A DNA stretch of 59,485 bases, the filler included, from Basidioascus undulatus (lineage: Eukaryota): assembly GCA_000826855.1 (NCBI GenBank). It is 4 parts of 4 records of this genome, joined end to end, with 100 filler letters (N's around TTAATTAATTAA, not from the genome) between each part and the next. Parts side by side here need not be neighbours in the genome. Positions count along the whole stretch, not along the records: positions 44,701 to 59,485 come from JTLS01000697.1; 3 more parts are not named here. One strand, given 5' to 3'. The notes beneath the pieces were generated by a model. That model did no database searches. It saw nothing but the letters and a program-made list of their open reading frames with translations, and was not told the origin of the DNA. Shown here one piece after another: positions 48,256-59,485 of the stretch (position 1 is its first letter; every line of letters starts with the position of its first letter). The position numbers and the translations under genes are program-made.

Positions 48256-50049
48256 TTAGAGCGTGTGCACGATCTTCTCGCCGGAGACCTTCTTGTTGCG
48301 CAGGAGGTTCATGCCCTCCAGGACGGCGGCCAGCCTGGGCGATGCGGAAGCTTCAAGTTCAGAGACCAGCAAGGTAAAGAGTTCGAAGCACTTACCCGCC
48401 CGGAAGAAGCTTAATCTTATTCGACTTAACGAGCCTGCACCATTGAATGTCAGGACCGCCACAGCAGGAGGCTGGACGACACAATTCACCCAGCCTTGAC
48501 AAAGTCGGGCGTCTTGAGCATGATCTGCGCGGCTTGGTCGCGGTCCGCGGGTGACGCAGGGAAGTGCATTGGGCCGAAGTCGAAAGTCTGAGCAGCGAGA
48601 GAGGTCAGGAACTGTTCCTTCGCATTGCAGTGTTGGCCAGTGAACGCACGCGACCCAGTCTGCGAGCAGCGGGAGACGTCAGGAATACCTTCTATTGCAC
48701 TAAACTGTTAGATTTACTCACGCAGTGTAGATCAAGGTGAAGGCAATCTTGACGTCGGGGCGAAGGGAGGCAGCCTTCTCGTCCACTGGAAGGATGGTGC
48801 AGAGCTGGAGCGCAGGGTCTTCAGTTAGCCCTTTTCGCTTTTCAGTTGCGATTGCGTCTGCTCAGGACGTACATTACCGCCCTGCCTGCCGAACGCCTTG
48901 ACGCTGATCGGCTGGCTGTCGCCCTCAGAAATGGTGTCCAGGCCGAAGCGGATCGAGTCGTCAGTGGCCTTGCGAATGTCCTCGGAGACAGTCGCAGAGC
49001 GGTACTGGCCCCATAGAGGAAATGCAGGTGAGTGCTCTGAAGCTACACAACGTGCCCAATCATCAGGAAGACTCACGTCGAACGCGAGCTCGGCACCCAG
49101 CGACTTGACGAGCTCGTGGTTGTGCGGGCTCGCGGTGGTCACAACGCGGTAGCCCGCGGCCGAGGCGAGCTGGATAGCGAACTGGCCGACTGACGTGCTC
49201 CCGCCATAGATGAACACCCACTCGGGCTTCACAGCCTTCGCAGGTGGCTCGGTCAGACCGAGGCGGTTGAAGAGGCCCTCTGGTGCGGGGGTGGTGGGGT
49301 CAGCAATCTGTGCGTCTTCGAGCACAGCGCGCATACATACGGGCTGCGGTCCAGTAGCTGCAGCCCATCGTCGCAGCGCCTTCAAAGCTGCAATTGTAGG
49401 GGTGAGTGTTCAGAGCTGGCCGCTTGAACAGAATGCATGTAGAGGACAGGACGCACGAAACGGATTCCGGGAGCTGCCACACGAGATCAGAGTCCAACTT
49501 CACGAGCTCGGCAAACGCTCCACGGTCAGTGTAGGCACCACCGTGGGTCTGAAAACGTAAGATCAGTCCTGTTTCGTTCTTATGAGGAATACGGAAGGAC
49601 GCACGAAGCCGGCGACGCGGTCGCCCACCTTGACGTTCTTCTTGAGCGGGCCCGCGCCGACCCGTTCGACGACGCCCGCAAAGTCGCAGCCGCAGGAGTG
49701 CCCGGGCTGAGCCATCCCGCTCGACGGGTACTTCCAGTCTGTCGGGTTCTGATAAACGTTTCTATTTGAGTGCGAGCTGCAAGGGTGGGGCAGCTGGAAT
49801 GGGACGAACCTGAGCGATCGCCTTGACGCGGACGAGCACGTCGTTCGCGTCGAGCTCGGGGACGCTGAGGGATCATACTCAGCTATGATTTTTAATCTCT
49901 CTGAGATACGGATTGGTACGGGTGGTCAACGACAGCCAACGTCTTCCCCTGCGAAGACAATTGAACGTCACATCAGTGAGCAATCTCAGGGAGGCAGCAG
50001 CGTGTAAAGAACGCAGCTCCTGCGCAACAACAGCCTTCATAGTCGACAT
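48256..50049 (-). CDS. Zn-independent MDR, enoyl-reductase-like (YNL134C/ToxD-like)
   Basis: VLVRVKAIAQNPTDWK, GCDFAGVVE, GDRVAGF, GAFAE, IYGGSTSVGQFAIQLA, TTASPHNHELVKSLGA, VSGEKIV. Stop 48256-48258. Confidence 0.92.
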
Positions 50050-50744
50050 TGTGGGTATATGGAAGCTTGTTCTCAGGTATCTGCAAGGTTCAAAGATGAT
50101 CAGGTTGGAAGTTGAGGTGGAAGATGCGTCTTTATGCGCACCGTCCCATGGCTGGACTTGACGTAAGCAGAACGGGAGCTGCCACCTCCACTTTCGTTGA
50201 CTTTCCGGAACATTGCGGCCGTCGACATGCACACAACTTCTTTTCGCTTCTTTCATGCGAAATAATTCGACAGCGCGAATGATATTGGTTCTGAAGAGAA
50301 AGTACCGGGTTCCGCGACATGTCGGCCAGCGGGGTCAGGTCCAGGAGGACTTGGAACTGAGCCCGCTGCAGCCTCGAGCTCTCCACGACTGGTAGCAGGC
50401 ACGCGTTATGTTGGAGACGTGTCACTGTGTGCGCTCTGCGCGAAGTGTGTAAGGCAGCGAGCTCGGCTGCACCCCGAGCCAGTAGATTGCAGAGCACCGA
50501 CCGATATTGTCAGTGAGACGCACATTGAAAAGCGTAAGTTGGTCGCAGGATCGATATGAATGTTTTGGAAGTATCCCATATATGCTCAGGCCAGGTGAAG
50601 GAGGAAAGAAACGGAAAGCACATTGGACGCAACGCAAGATGCTTGAAAGAAAAAGGTCAAGCACCTGGAATTCTTTGCGATCCACGGCAACACCAACTGT
50701 TACACCACTGTCGACCACGCAGGCGCACTTTTCATTACATAACC

Positions 50745-50890
50745 CGCGGCCGCCCCGCTCCTTGGCCAAAGTCCAGGCAGACAGCGTCCCCTCGTAGTCC
50801 GCCGGGAAGTCGGGCTGGACCGCCTTGCCATCGGGCGTCTTCTCCGCGACGAGCGCGCCCGAGAGTGTGTGGAATGTGAGCGGGCACTGC
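50745..50890 (-). pseudogene. Isolated PhzF/DAP-epimerase-like gene fragment
   Basis: GC-rich island reading PLTFHTLSGALVAEKTPDGKAVQPDFPADY, which resembles the PhzF 'F.TLSG.L.......LDFP' region. No flanking exons recognised. Confidence 0.55.
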
Positions 50891-51064
50891 ACGCCTGCAC
50901 ACAGTACCAGTAGACTATAAGCCTCGAACGAGTCAATTCAGGCTGCCTGTTGATTAAATTTCCATATTACTTGCATTCTCTCGAAAGTCAGGTGAAACAG
51001 AAGGCAATCTCCCAACCCCCCATTGGCGATCACTCCTGCGGGACATCCAGCGGCTTGCCCTCCT

Positions 51065-52608
51065 TCAAGCTTTGGTCTCGAGCACAAGCAGGGTCTTGAA
51101 CGCCTCGAGCCCACTGCAGTTTGGATCCGCCTTGCCCTGAATGAAGTCCACAAAATGCCGGAGCTGCAGCGTGAAAGGGAAGATGTCCTGGACGGGAGGC
51201 GAGTCGTCGCGGACGAGCTTGTCGGTCTAGCTTTCGGACGGCGAAGTGTAGTGGAAGACGCGGTTCTCGAGGAAGGAGACGGACCCCTTGGTCCCGAGCC
51301 CGGTGTAGTAGTTGTCCCCCTTAGGACAGAAAGGTAAGAATGCTTAGCAATACCATCAATGTGGGAGATAAAACTTAAAAGTACAGTGTCCGGGATCGTA
51401 GGGTTCTCATTTGCGTGCTCAAAGCTGTATGGGGAGTCACGACGATTCAGGCTAGCCAAAAGCATATCAGCTAATGCCAGTGATCCCTTCGACGGTTCCA
51501 GAAGAAGGAACATACTCGGAGAACAAGAAGTTTCCCACCGCCCCCTTCTTAAAGTGTAGAGAGTGATTGCACGGTCTTCTCAACTTCGAAACCACGGGTC
51601 CTGGCTCCCTAAAGTCACAAAGAGAGCGTTCGGACAACCCTATCGTTAGCACTCGCAAATTCAGATGTCTCGAGGACGAGCGAACTCATCTCCGCGCAGT
51701 ACAGGCGCAGGACATCGCCCCCGACATAGCGCATGCAGTCGATGCTGAAGATCGGAACAAGAATCACTAGATGTGCATGCGATGAGCGCTTTTTCAGGGT
51801 AGCAATGGGGAAAAGGTGCAAGGGTATCTGGTTCACTCATGAAGGAGGCTAATGAGCCAACGTATGCCGGAGCAATCAGCACTGGTATGTCGCAAAACTA
51901 AGAAAAGAGAATGGAAGGACAATAGTTAGCAACTCACAAGAGCACCGCCGCTTCCGATCTGCTTGCGCCGTTCCGTCGGGGCCTCGGAGTGCTGCGGAGG
52001 CTTGAGGAGGGACCGAATGCCGCTGATGTTAGCCCAAGTCCACCACACCGACCTCAGCACGAAAACAATACTCCCCTTGGCCTAGTTTTCCCTTGTTCAG
52101 AATGCCCTTCAGTGTCGACACGTACGGGTTGAAACGGCGGTGGTTCCCGACAAGAAGCTTCGAGCTGGTCTCCTTAGCGGTCCGGACGAGCTCGTGCCCG
52201 CTCTCGGTGTCCACGGCAATGGGCTTCTCGACCAGGGCGTGAATCCCGGCTTTCAGGAGCTGGACCCCTAGCGGGACATGGGTCGCGTTTGGAGTTGCCA
52301 CCATCGCACCTGAGACGGAGACTTTGGTCGCGGTGGGGGCGACGAGCAGCTCGTCGAGGCTGTTGAAATCAGGGGCGCCAACCGACTCATCATGAGGTTT
52401 GCCAGCAGGGGTCGGATCGACGATAGCCGCGAGGGAGGTGCGAAGTTCATCAAGAATGTGCTACCGCAGGCCGCAGGGTTAAGTCAGCGGATGCGAACGA
52501 GAAGAGACGTATCTTTCCCCCGCTCCCCTCCTAAAGACCTCGAACCTGGATGTGACGCTTGCCGATGAGACCAGCGCCTAGGACTGCGATGGGAACAGGG
52601 GTGGCCAT
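51065..52608 (-). pseudogene. Gfo/Idh/MocA NAD oxidoreductase, QutH-like; decayed
   Basis: IAVLGAGLIGKRH, AIVDP, VATPNATHVP, LVEKPI, GNHRRFNPY, SPYSFE..ENPTIP. The donor near 52075 reads GGGAGT instead of GTGAGT, the next exon start is lost, and the 3' half is eroded. Confidence 0.75.
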
Positions 52609-53306
52609 GACGGTGGGGTGGACGTGGATTGGAGGCGGCGGGGTTGTATCCTAACGGGAACGAAAGAGTGCCTCAACGCAGAGACAATGCACGAAAGCCT
52701 GTTGTTTTCAGTGTATCAATTTTTTTTTCGTTTATCCGTTCGCACTTCGGAAGTTAATGTATCCATTCTCAGTTCGGAACTGATCCCTCATCTTTACAGT
52801 TCCTTTCCAGTCGATAACTGAAAGAAGAAGAGCACCTGACCTGGGTTCAGGCACCTATCACTTCCTCTCTTTCACTTGAAATGGCAGAGTATTATCATCG
52901 AAGGGCGAGCCCATTTCACAGAACATGTGACAGAACATGCGGCAGAATACATACAACGCGACAGTGCCAAATTATCAGCTGAAGCGACCAAGCCCCGCGC
53001 TGTGCCGGGAACTGAGGTCGAATCCAACGCACGTTCAGCGACTGCTGCACCGGCTCCGCGTCCTTTTCGGAGACCGCAAGGGGGCACGCAAAGATTTGGC
53101 ATCTCGTGGAGAATATAATGTTGCCGAGATGACCACGCCTTTTCGCCCACGTTCTTCTTTGCAACGAGTGCCGACACACCACTGCGACTTTCGACTGTTG
53201 GCACGACACTCGACTGCCGCCGTTCCCCGAATCTACTTCCACCATCATCACCCACCGGTGTCACTCATCTGAACACACCGATCTATCACTTGGCTGTCTC
53301 TTCACA

Positions 53307-55902
53307 ATGACCCTCAAGATCGTTGAAGATCGCCCGACGCCTAAGCAGGTCAGGACTTCGCGAACTTGGCCTACTCGCGACTCTCCTGCTGACGCTGCGT
53401 CCTTTCGACTTTCGAACAGGTGTATAACTCACGAATCTGGTACATGGCAATGATTGTGTCTGTTGCAGCTATCATAATTGGTGAGTCTTCTCTTCTCCTC
53501 GCTCTGGAGACGCCTCGCTCATTACCTAAGGTGTGGTCAGGCTACGACAGCGCGTTCATCGGCGGTACCCTTGCCTTGGACTCCTTCAAGGAGGAGTTCG
53601 GCCTCAACAACAAGAGTACAAGTGAAATGGATTCCTTGAATGCCAAAATGGTATTGACCTATCAAGCTGGCTTCGTCGTTAACCCTGTGAACCAATTCGC
53701 AAAGAAACTCTCTGACTTCCTTCCTGCAGATGCTTTTTGGTGCCTTTCTGGGTTGGCCGGTCGGACACGTGAGTAGAATCATGATGTATAGGGTTTTAAG
53801 TGTTGTCTAAGGCAAAGAGGTACTTGTTCAGTACCTGGGCCGCAAGAATGGTCTCATCGTCCTCTCCGCTCTCTTTTGCCTCGGCGCCGGGATGATGTTG
53901 GGCGCCAACAACAGCCGCGGACTTGGGCTCATCTACGGCGGTCGCGTCATTGCTGGTTTGGTACGTCCTTTCTTGAAGCCTTTCCGTTCTCAAAGGACGC
54001 AAAGGTTAACTTCACATACTTCCAGGCAATCGGTGCTGCCTCGAACCTGACTCCGTGCTACATTGCAGAGATCGCGCCGCCTGCGATCCGCGGTCGTCTT
54101 GTCGGTGTCTACGAGCTGTTCTGGCAGTTTGGAGCCCTTCTTGGCTTCTGGGTGAGTCAGGGACTGGAGGTGAACTTGGGTTGTCAGTCGCGCTAACACC
54201 AGGAGCGGGAAGATCAACTATGGAGTGAATCGGACGCTCCCTTCCAACCGCACGCAGTGGCTCGTCCCCTTTGCTGTCCAACTCATCCCGGGCGGCCTGT
54301 TCTTAATACTCGCTCTCATCCTCGTCGAGTCTCCGCGCTGGCTTTTGAGCAAGGGCCGCGACGAACAGGCGCTGAAAAACCTTCAGGTGCGCATTTCTTC
54401 AGTGTCCCGTGCGCGTATTCAAGCAAAGGCTGACATCCACCGCTAATTGAAAGTGCTCCGTCAAATCGACGTCGACCACGAGTACATGATCGAGGAGCTC
54501 GTCATGATCCGGGGCCTCCTCGACGCCGAGCGGGCCAACGGCACCGGCCTTCTCGCGCCTGCGAGCAGCCGCACACTCACCCGCCGTTTTGCCCTTACCG
54601 TGTCTCTGTTTGCTTGGCAAAGTATGTCTTCCCCATTACACTTGAGCACTCCCAGAGCCTCATTAGAATCTTGTGACCTCTTCCAATGCCCCTCTCCTTC
54701 CTTCCAGACACCACCGGCATTAACGCTATCAACTACGTGAGTTTGACCCTCCCTTTACCACATCCTTACTTCCTTCTTTCAACCCCTTCCTCTCGCTCCA
54801 CTCTTCCTGTCCTTCCATCACTTATTTTACGGAACCACATAAGTATTCTCCGCGAGTCTTCAGGTCGATGGGCATAGTTGGCACCGATACTGGTCTGTTC
54901 TCGACCGGTATCTTCGGTGTCATCAGTATGTCAACTCTCTCCCACTTGTCCTGCTCCCGCCCAGGTCCAGTCTGACGCGTTTTAAACCATAGAAACTGTG
55001 ATGACCTTCGTCTGGATCCTCTTTCTCGTTGACAATCTTGGCCGCAGGAAGCTGTTCATGATTGGCTCCCTCGGCGGTAAGCATACTTCTGCCAGTCATT
55101 ACCGCACCGTCCCTCCCCAGGCTCATCCTCGCGATTCTCGGCCTCAGGTGGGGTCTGTGCCTTTACTATGTGGCTGGATTCATTGCAATCGCTCGTCCTG
55201 AGCAGATCCTGAACGGCCAAATTACGTCCTCAGCGCGATGGCCTTCGTGAGTTTCTTTCTGTGCTCCCCCTTGTCCTCGCGCAAACTGAAGTGGAAATGC
55301 CAGTTCTACTTGTTCACGGTTTTCTACTCGCCCTCTTGGAATGGAACCCCTTGGGTATTCGGTAGTGAAATCTTCCCCCAGGTATCTCCTCCACCTGCCT
55401 CCGGGCAGTCATGCTCAGTCTTCGGTGGGCGCCCAGCACGTCCGCGCTTTCACCCAAGCCGGCGTGGCGAGCTCGAATTGGTTGTTCAACTTTTTGATTG
55501 CCCGATTGTAAGTTCGTTCTTGTGAAACAGAAGTCGTATACTGATTTTAACATGAGACTAGTACCCCCACCATGTTTACCAAAATGCCCTATGGCTATAC
55601 CTCTTCTTCTCGAGCCTCATGATGCTCTCCATCATTTACGTCTTTTTCTTGATCCCAGAAACTAGTAGCTTTTGTAGTTGATTGTGTCTGCAGGCGCAGC
55701 ACGCAGCTGACAGATGCTATGATCCACAGAGGGCGTCTCGCTCGAAGAGATGGACATGCACACGAAGGGTGTTTCTCCTCGCGACGCTCACAGCCTGGTC
55801 ATTGCCAAGCTGCACCAGCGCGGACACAACGTGACGCACGAAGGGCGCCCGGGATTCGCAACTTTCGACAAGCCGTCCTCAGAGCACGTCGAGAACGTTT
55901 GA
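53307..55902 (+). pseudogene. qutD: Quinate permease (QutD/Qa-y-like sugar porter), frameshifted
   Basis: Diagnostic N-terminus VEDRPTPKQVYN..IGYDSAFIGGTLAL.SF..EF, plus EIAPPAIRGRLVG.YE, QWLVPFAVQLIPGG, TGINAINYYSP, SWNGTPWV..SE.F. Lesions near 53671 (donor), 53735, 54454, 55235 and 55596. Confidence 0.85.
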
Positions 55903-56498
55903 GTGGCAAACGAACGGAAACGCGCTGCTGGCTTTTTTTATTGTACCTATCGCTCGTTCTAATGATTTCTTGCGGGTTACAACGTCTTCCTACTTGGGAT
56001 GCGCGTGTGGTAATCTCCGACTGATCGGCCGCGTGGCATTGTACCGTGCGGGGCTTTGATGCATCGTGTGTCTATGCCATCAACTGGGTTGGACTGTAAC
56101 TAGTTAGCCAGCCACTGTAGAATGCGTGCAGCGGCCTTGAAGCAGTCGAGAAAGGCTCATCCCTTTCCGAATCGACAGAGATGATACAGACTCTGAAGTG
56201 CGAAAGTGCATACTTGGCGCTGTTGTGGGCGACCAGTCTGACAGGTCCGGGAGGTCGCCGACGAAGACGTGTGTACGCAGCGGCCTTTCATCAATCGAGG
56301 CCGTCTCGTCCCAATACGAAACGAAAGGGCAGCGCGATGATATGTTGTTCAAAGAGAAACGCAGAGCCCGGGGACGAGTCGATGTTGTGGGCGGCCAGCG
56401 GATGTCGAGGAGGTCTACCGAGAAGACGTAGCGTCTTTTCAGCAGTCCAGGCGGGTGCCCATACTTCCCCGTCTCACTCGAGAAAATCAACAAGCAAT

Positions 56499-58633
56499 TC
56501 ATTCCAGAACCGCCCCTCCTCCGCCCTCCTCCTCGTCCTCCTCCACCTCCACAAACGGATAAAAGCCCTCATAGTCGTCCTCGTCCGGGTCGTACGCCAC
56601 CCACTCCTCATACCCGTCCCCCGCTCCATTCAACCTCGTGTCCCCCGCGGCAGGCGCAGACCCGTCTGCGCGCGCCCGCCAACCGGCGGCGGAGGACGAC
56701 GCCTCGAACGTCTCGATGTCCACGGGTACGTCTTGCTCTTCTTGGGCGCGCTGGTGCGCGAGCGTCTCGTCCTCCTACAGCCGCACCTCATCCAGTCAGG
56801 AACGCCCAGCCCCAGACCTCCCTACACCCAGAAATATAGCCACGATGACGAGGTAGAACGAAAGGGGATGTGATGGAAGAGGGGAGGGAAATGAGGAATG
56901 CACCATATCGAACTCGTCCTCCCTCTCGACATACTCGATGTTTTCCTCGAGCTCCTCGAACCCAGGCGCGAACGCCGACCAGTTCTGCGGCGTCGTTGTC
57001 GCCCAAACGTGGATGTTGCCCTGGTTTGAGACGGAGGCGATGATCGGGCGGGAGGGGTGCCACTGTGCTCCTCCAGCACACAACACACAAACTGCATCAG
57101 CGAAGGAGAGGAGGAGAGAGAGGTAGGGAGGAAGAGCAGAGGAGAGGGAACGCACGTCCAAATCGTCTAAGGGGTCTTTCGGGCCCTCGAGCACCTTGAC
57201 GAGCGAACCGCCGGACGTCTCCCAGATGTAGATGTTGTGCGACGCCTTGTGGCCGGCTCCTGCTCGCCCATTCCATTCAGTCAGTCTCTCCAAGCAAAGA
57301 AGATAGAAGGCGGAAAGAAACAACGACGCACCCCCAATAACGTACTCCCCGTCCGCCGAAAAGCAGCACCCGTTCCACGGCGTGCGCTCAATCGTGTCCT
57401 GGAAGCGATGCAGCTCCTCCATCTGCGGGAGCTCCTGCTCCCCATCATCCTCCCCGTCTGCGTGTGGCTTTTGTTCCGAGGGCGGGTGCGAGGGGAGAAC
57501 TGGGAGCTCGAGGATGCGGATGATGCGGTCGTTGGCGTTCGTTACTATGTGACTATTGGGGGGGTGGGGGAGTTAGGAGAGAGGATGGGGGTTGGAGGAG
57601 AGGAGGCAGAGGGACGCGCTTGCCGGAGTGCGAGACTTCGAGGTGCTTGACTGAGGCGTTGGAGATCTTGGTGGATGATACGATCTGCGTAGAAGGATAA
57701 AGTGTAAGGAGTACAGGGGGATCGAGGGAAGAATGGGAAGAACGCACTTCGCGCGTCCGCACGTCAAAGACTAGGACCAGCCCCTGCGACGTACCGCCAA
57801 AGACGTACTTCCCGTCCGGGGAGAATCGGCATATAGTCATCTGAGATCTGCCCCCCCCCCGTTCCTCCACCTCCTCAGCTACCGCGAAGTGAACGGAACC
57901 GAAGGACGCGCAACGCACCTCCGCACCGCCTCCCCCTCCTCGTCCTCCTCCCACACCTCCCCAATCTCCCACCGCTCGCCCGCGCCCCGCAGGTCCACCA
58001 CGAACGCCTGCTGCGTCTGGAGCGTGACGAGGACGATCTTGCTGTGCGTTCCATCTCAAGAGAGTCAGTCTGAGGGGGAAACGTAGAAAGGGGTGGGGGG
58101 ATGGAGAGCGCGCCTGTTCCGAGGATGGAAGACCGCGTCCGTCACGGGCGCGTCGAAGCGGATCGTGTCCCTCCGATCGCCCGTCTTCAAGTCCCAAACG
58201 ATGCAGTTCCAGTCCCTGCTGGCGCTCAGGACGTATCGGCTATTCCTGGACCAGCTGTCCTCTTCCCACACCCCCACTCAGTTCGCCCGTTCCTCAAGCA
58301 CAAGGCAGGCGCCAGGAAGGACACAAGGCAGTGGGCCCACCTGACGCTGGAGACCGCCTTGACATGCCCCTCAAACACGCGCAACGCTCCACGCGTCTCC
58401 ATATCCCACACCGTGACGAACCCGTCAAACCGCCCCGCGGCGAGGAAGTAGCCTGCGTACCGGCCCGAGGGGTTGTACCGCAGGCAGACGGCCGCGGCGT
58501 CGATGGTCGCCTCGAGCGACTCGGGGTAGTCGAGCGCGAAGGGGTCTGGGGGTAACCGCATTTCGTTCTGTTAGTCCACTGGCTTGTGAGAAAAGAGATT
58601 GGAGATGGACGCACTGGCGAGCTCGAGATTCAT
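56499..58633 (-). CDS. SWD1: COMPASS/Set1C WD40 subunit Swd1 (RBBP5)
   Basis: MNLELANPFALDYPE, GHVKAVSSVSWSRNSRYVLSASRDWNCIVWDL, HRFQDTIERTPW, LVKVLEGPKDPL, WHPSRPII, NWSAFAPGFEELEENIEYVEREDEFD. Confidence 0.96.
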
Positions 58634-59017
58634 CGCGGTGGTGGTCGAAGCCAGAAATCAAGTCGCGTCCAAATCGCGAGCTTCATCTCCCCTCTCGCTC
58701 AGTCCGGGGATCGGAGCCCTCCGTTCCCCGGACCCCTCTGGCTAGCGGCATCAAGCTCGACGCGTCCAACGATGGTGCGGCGGGGGACGCGTAGTATCTG
58801 TTCCTTACACCCCATCTCGCAATTTACACTTGCATACCCACACAGCTCGATATTCTTATTCATAATATCCTCGACACACTTCTTATCGACCTCGCCGCCA
58901 GCGCATCCACAGCGCCGAGCCAGCCCCGGGGCGCATTCCTGGCGTCTTTGGCATCTTCGATCGATCTCCCATCTCCGAGTTGTTCAGTGGCTTCCTGCCT
59001 TCCGCCTGCCCGCGACG

Positions 59018-59485
59018 ATGATGCCTCGATCAGCACGCGACCGACAACAACGGAGCTTCCTCGTCGCACCCCTCTCCCTCGCCCTCCTCGCTGCCCAACC
59101 GGCAGCGGCACAAGCGCAGGCGCAGGCGCAGGCGACGCCATGTCTGTCCGAGGGGGACCAGGAGACGATCAATGCTGTCTTTCGAGAAGGCGAGTCGGTA
59201 CCCAGCGGATTTTATCAGTTTCTGTGCTCACGGGTTGGTTGGACTGCAGGCGGCCCCGGCACGATCGTCTCCCTCTGCCCAGACGCCGTCTTCCGCCTCA
59301 CAGATGCAGTCGTCTTCACCTACCACGACCAGGAGCTGCGCACCGAGGGCCTCCCGTCTGACGAGCACCGCGCGAAGCTCATCGTGCAGGGACCGGAGCA
59401 GGCTATGGCGGTCCAGTGCGTTTCCTCTTCCTTCTCCCTTCCCCTCCTCCCTCCTCCTCCCTCCCGGCTTCCCGACATCGGCCAA
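59018..59485 (+). CDS. Secreted right-handed beta-helix (pectin-lyase-fold-like) protein, N-terminal part; runs off window
   Basis: Missed by the ORF track. MMPRSARDRQQRSFLVAPLSLALLAAQPAAA (signal-like), then PCLSEGDQETINAVFRE|GGPGTIVSLCPDAVFRLTDAVVFTYHDQELRTEGLPSDEHRAKLIVQG. The intron uses a GC donor (GCGAGT..CAG). Confidence 0.7.
   Translation, partial: MMPRSARDRQQRSFLVAPLSLALLAAQPAAAQAQAQAQATPCLSEGDQETINAVFREGESVPSGFYQFLCSRVGWTAGGPGTIVSLCPDAVFRLTDAVVFTYHDQELRTEGLPSDEHRAKLIVQGPEQAMAVQCVSSSFSLPLLPPPPSRLPDIGQ

Overview
Eukaryotic, GC-rich, very intron-dense fungal DNA. GTGCGT/GTGAGT donors, (G)CTGAC branch sites and the gene content point to a basidiomycete, probably Pucciniomycotina (inference). 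The window is not one locus. It is four contigs of 14803, 14802, 14795 and 14785 bp joined by artificial N44-TTAATTAATTAA-N44 spacers in descending length order. Contig 1: NUP192, a Zn-ADH pseudogene, SOD2, a DUF89/ARMT1 phosphatase, a degenerate DNA 3'-phosphatase, CTP1 and tRNA-Ala(AGC). Contig 2: a RING-type SNF2 ATPase, an MFS pseudogene interrupted by an inverted copy of the SNF2 3' end, and TE-like debris. Contig 3: RRP36, a truncated DUG3, a truncated Pro/Ser-rich gene, HSK3, a hexose transporter and a bacterial-type Fe-S L-serine dehydratase. Contig 4: an AKR, an enoyl-reductase-like MDR, a PhzF fragment, a decayed qutH/qutD-like quinate pair, SWD1 and a secreted beta-helix protein. 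The strongest signal is selective decay of metabolic and transport genes beside intact housekeeping genes, plus local rearrangements. I found no evidence of a novel defence or CRISPR-type system. Coordinates are whole-gene spans including introns, read by eye. Family calls come from recalled motifs, not database searches.
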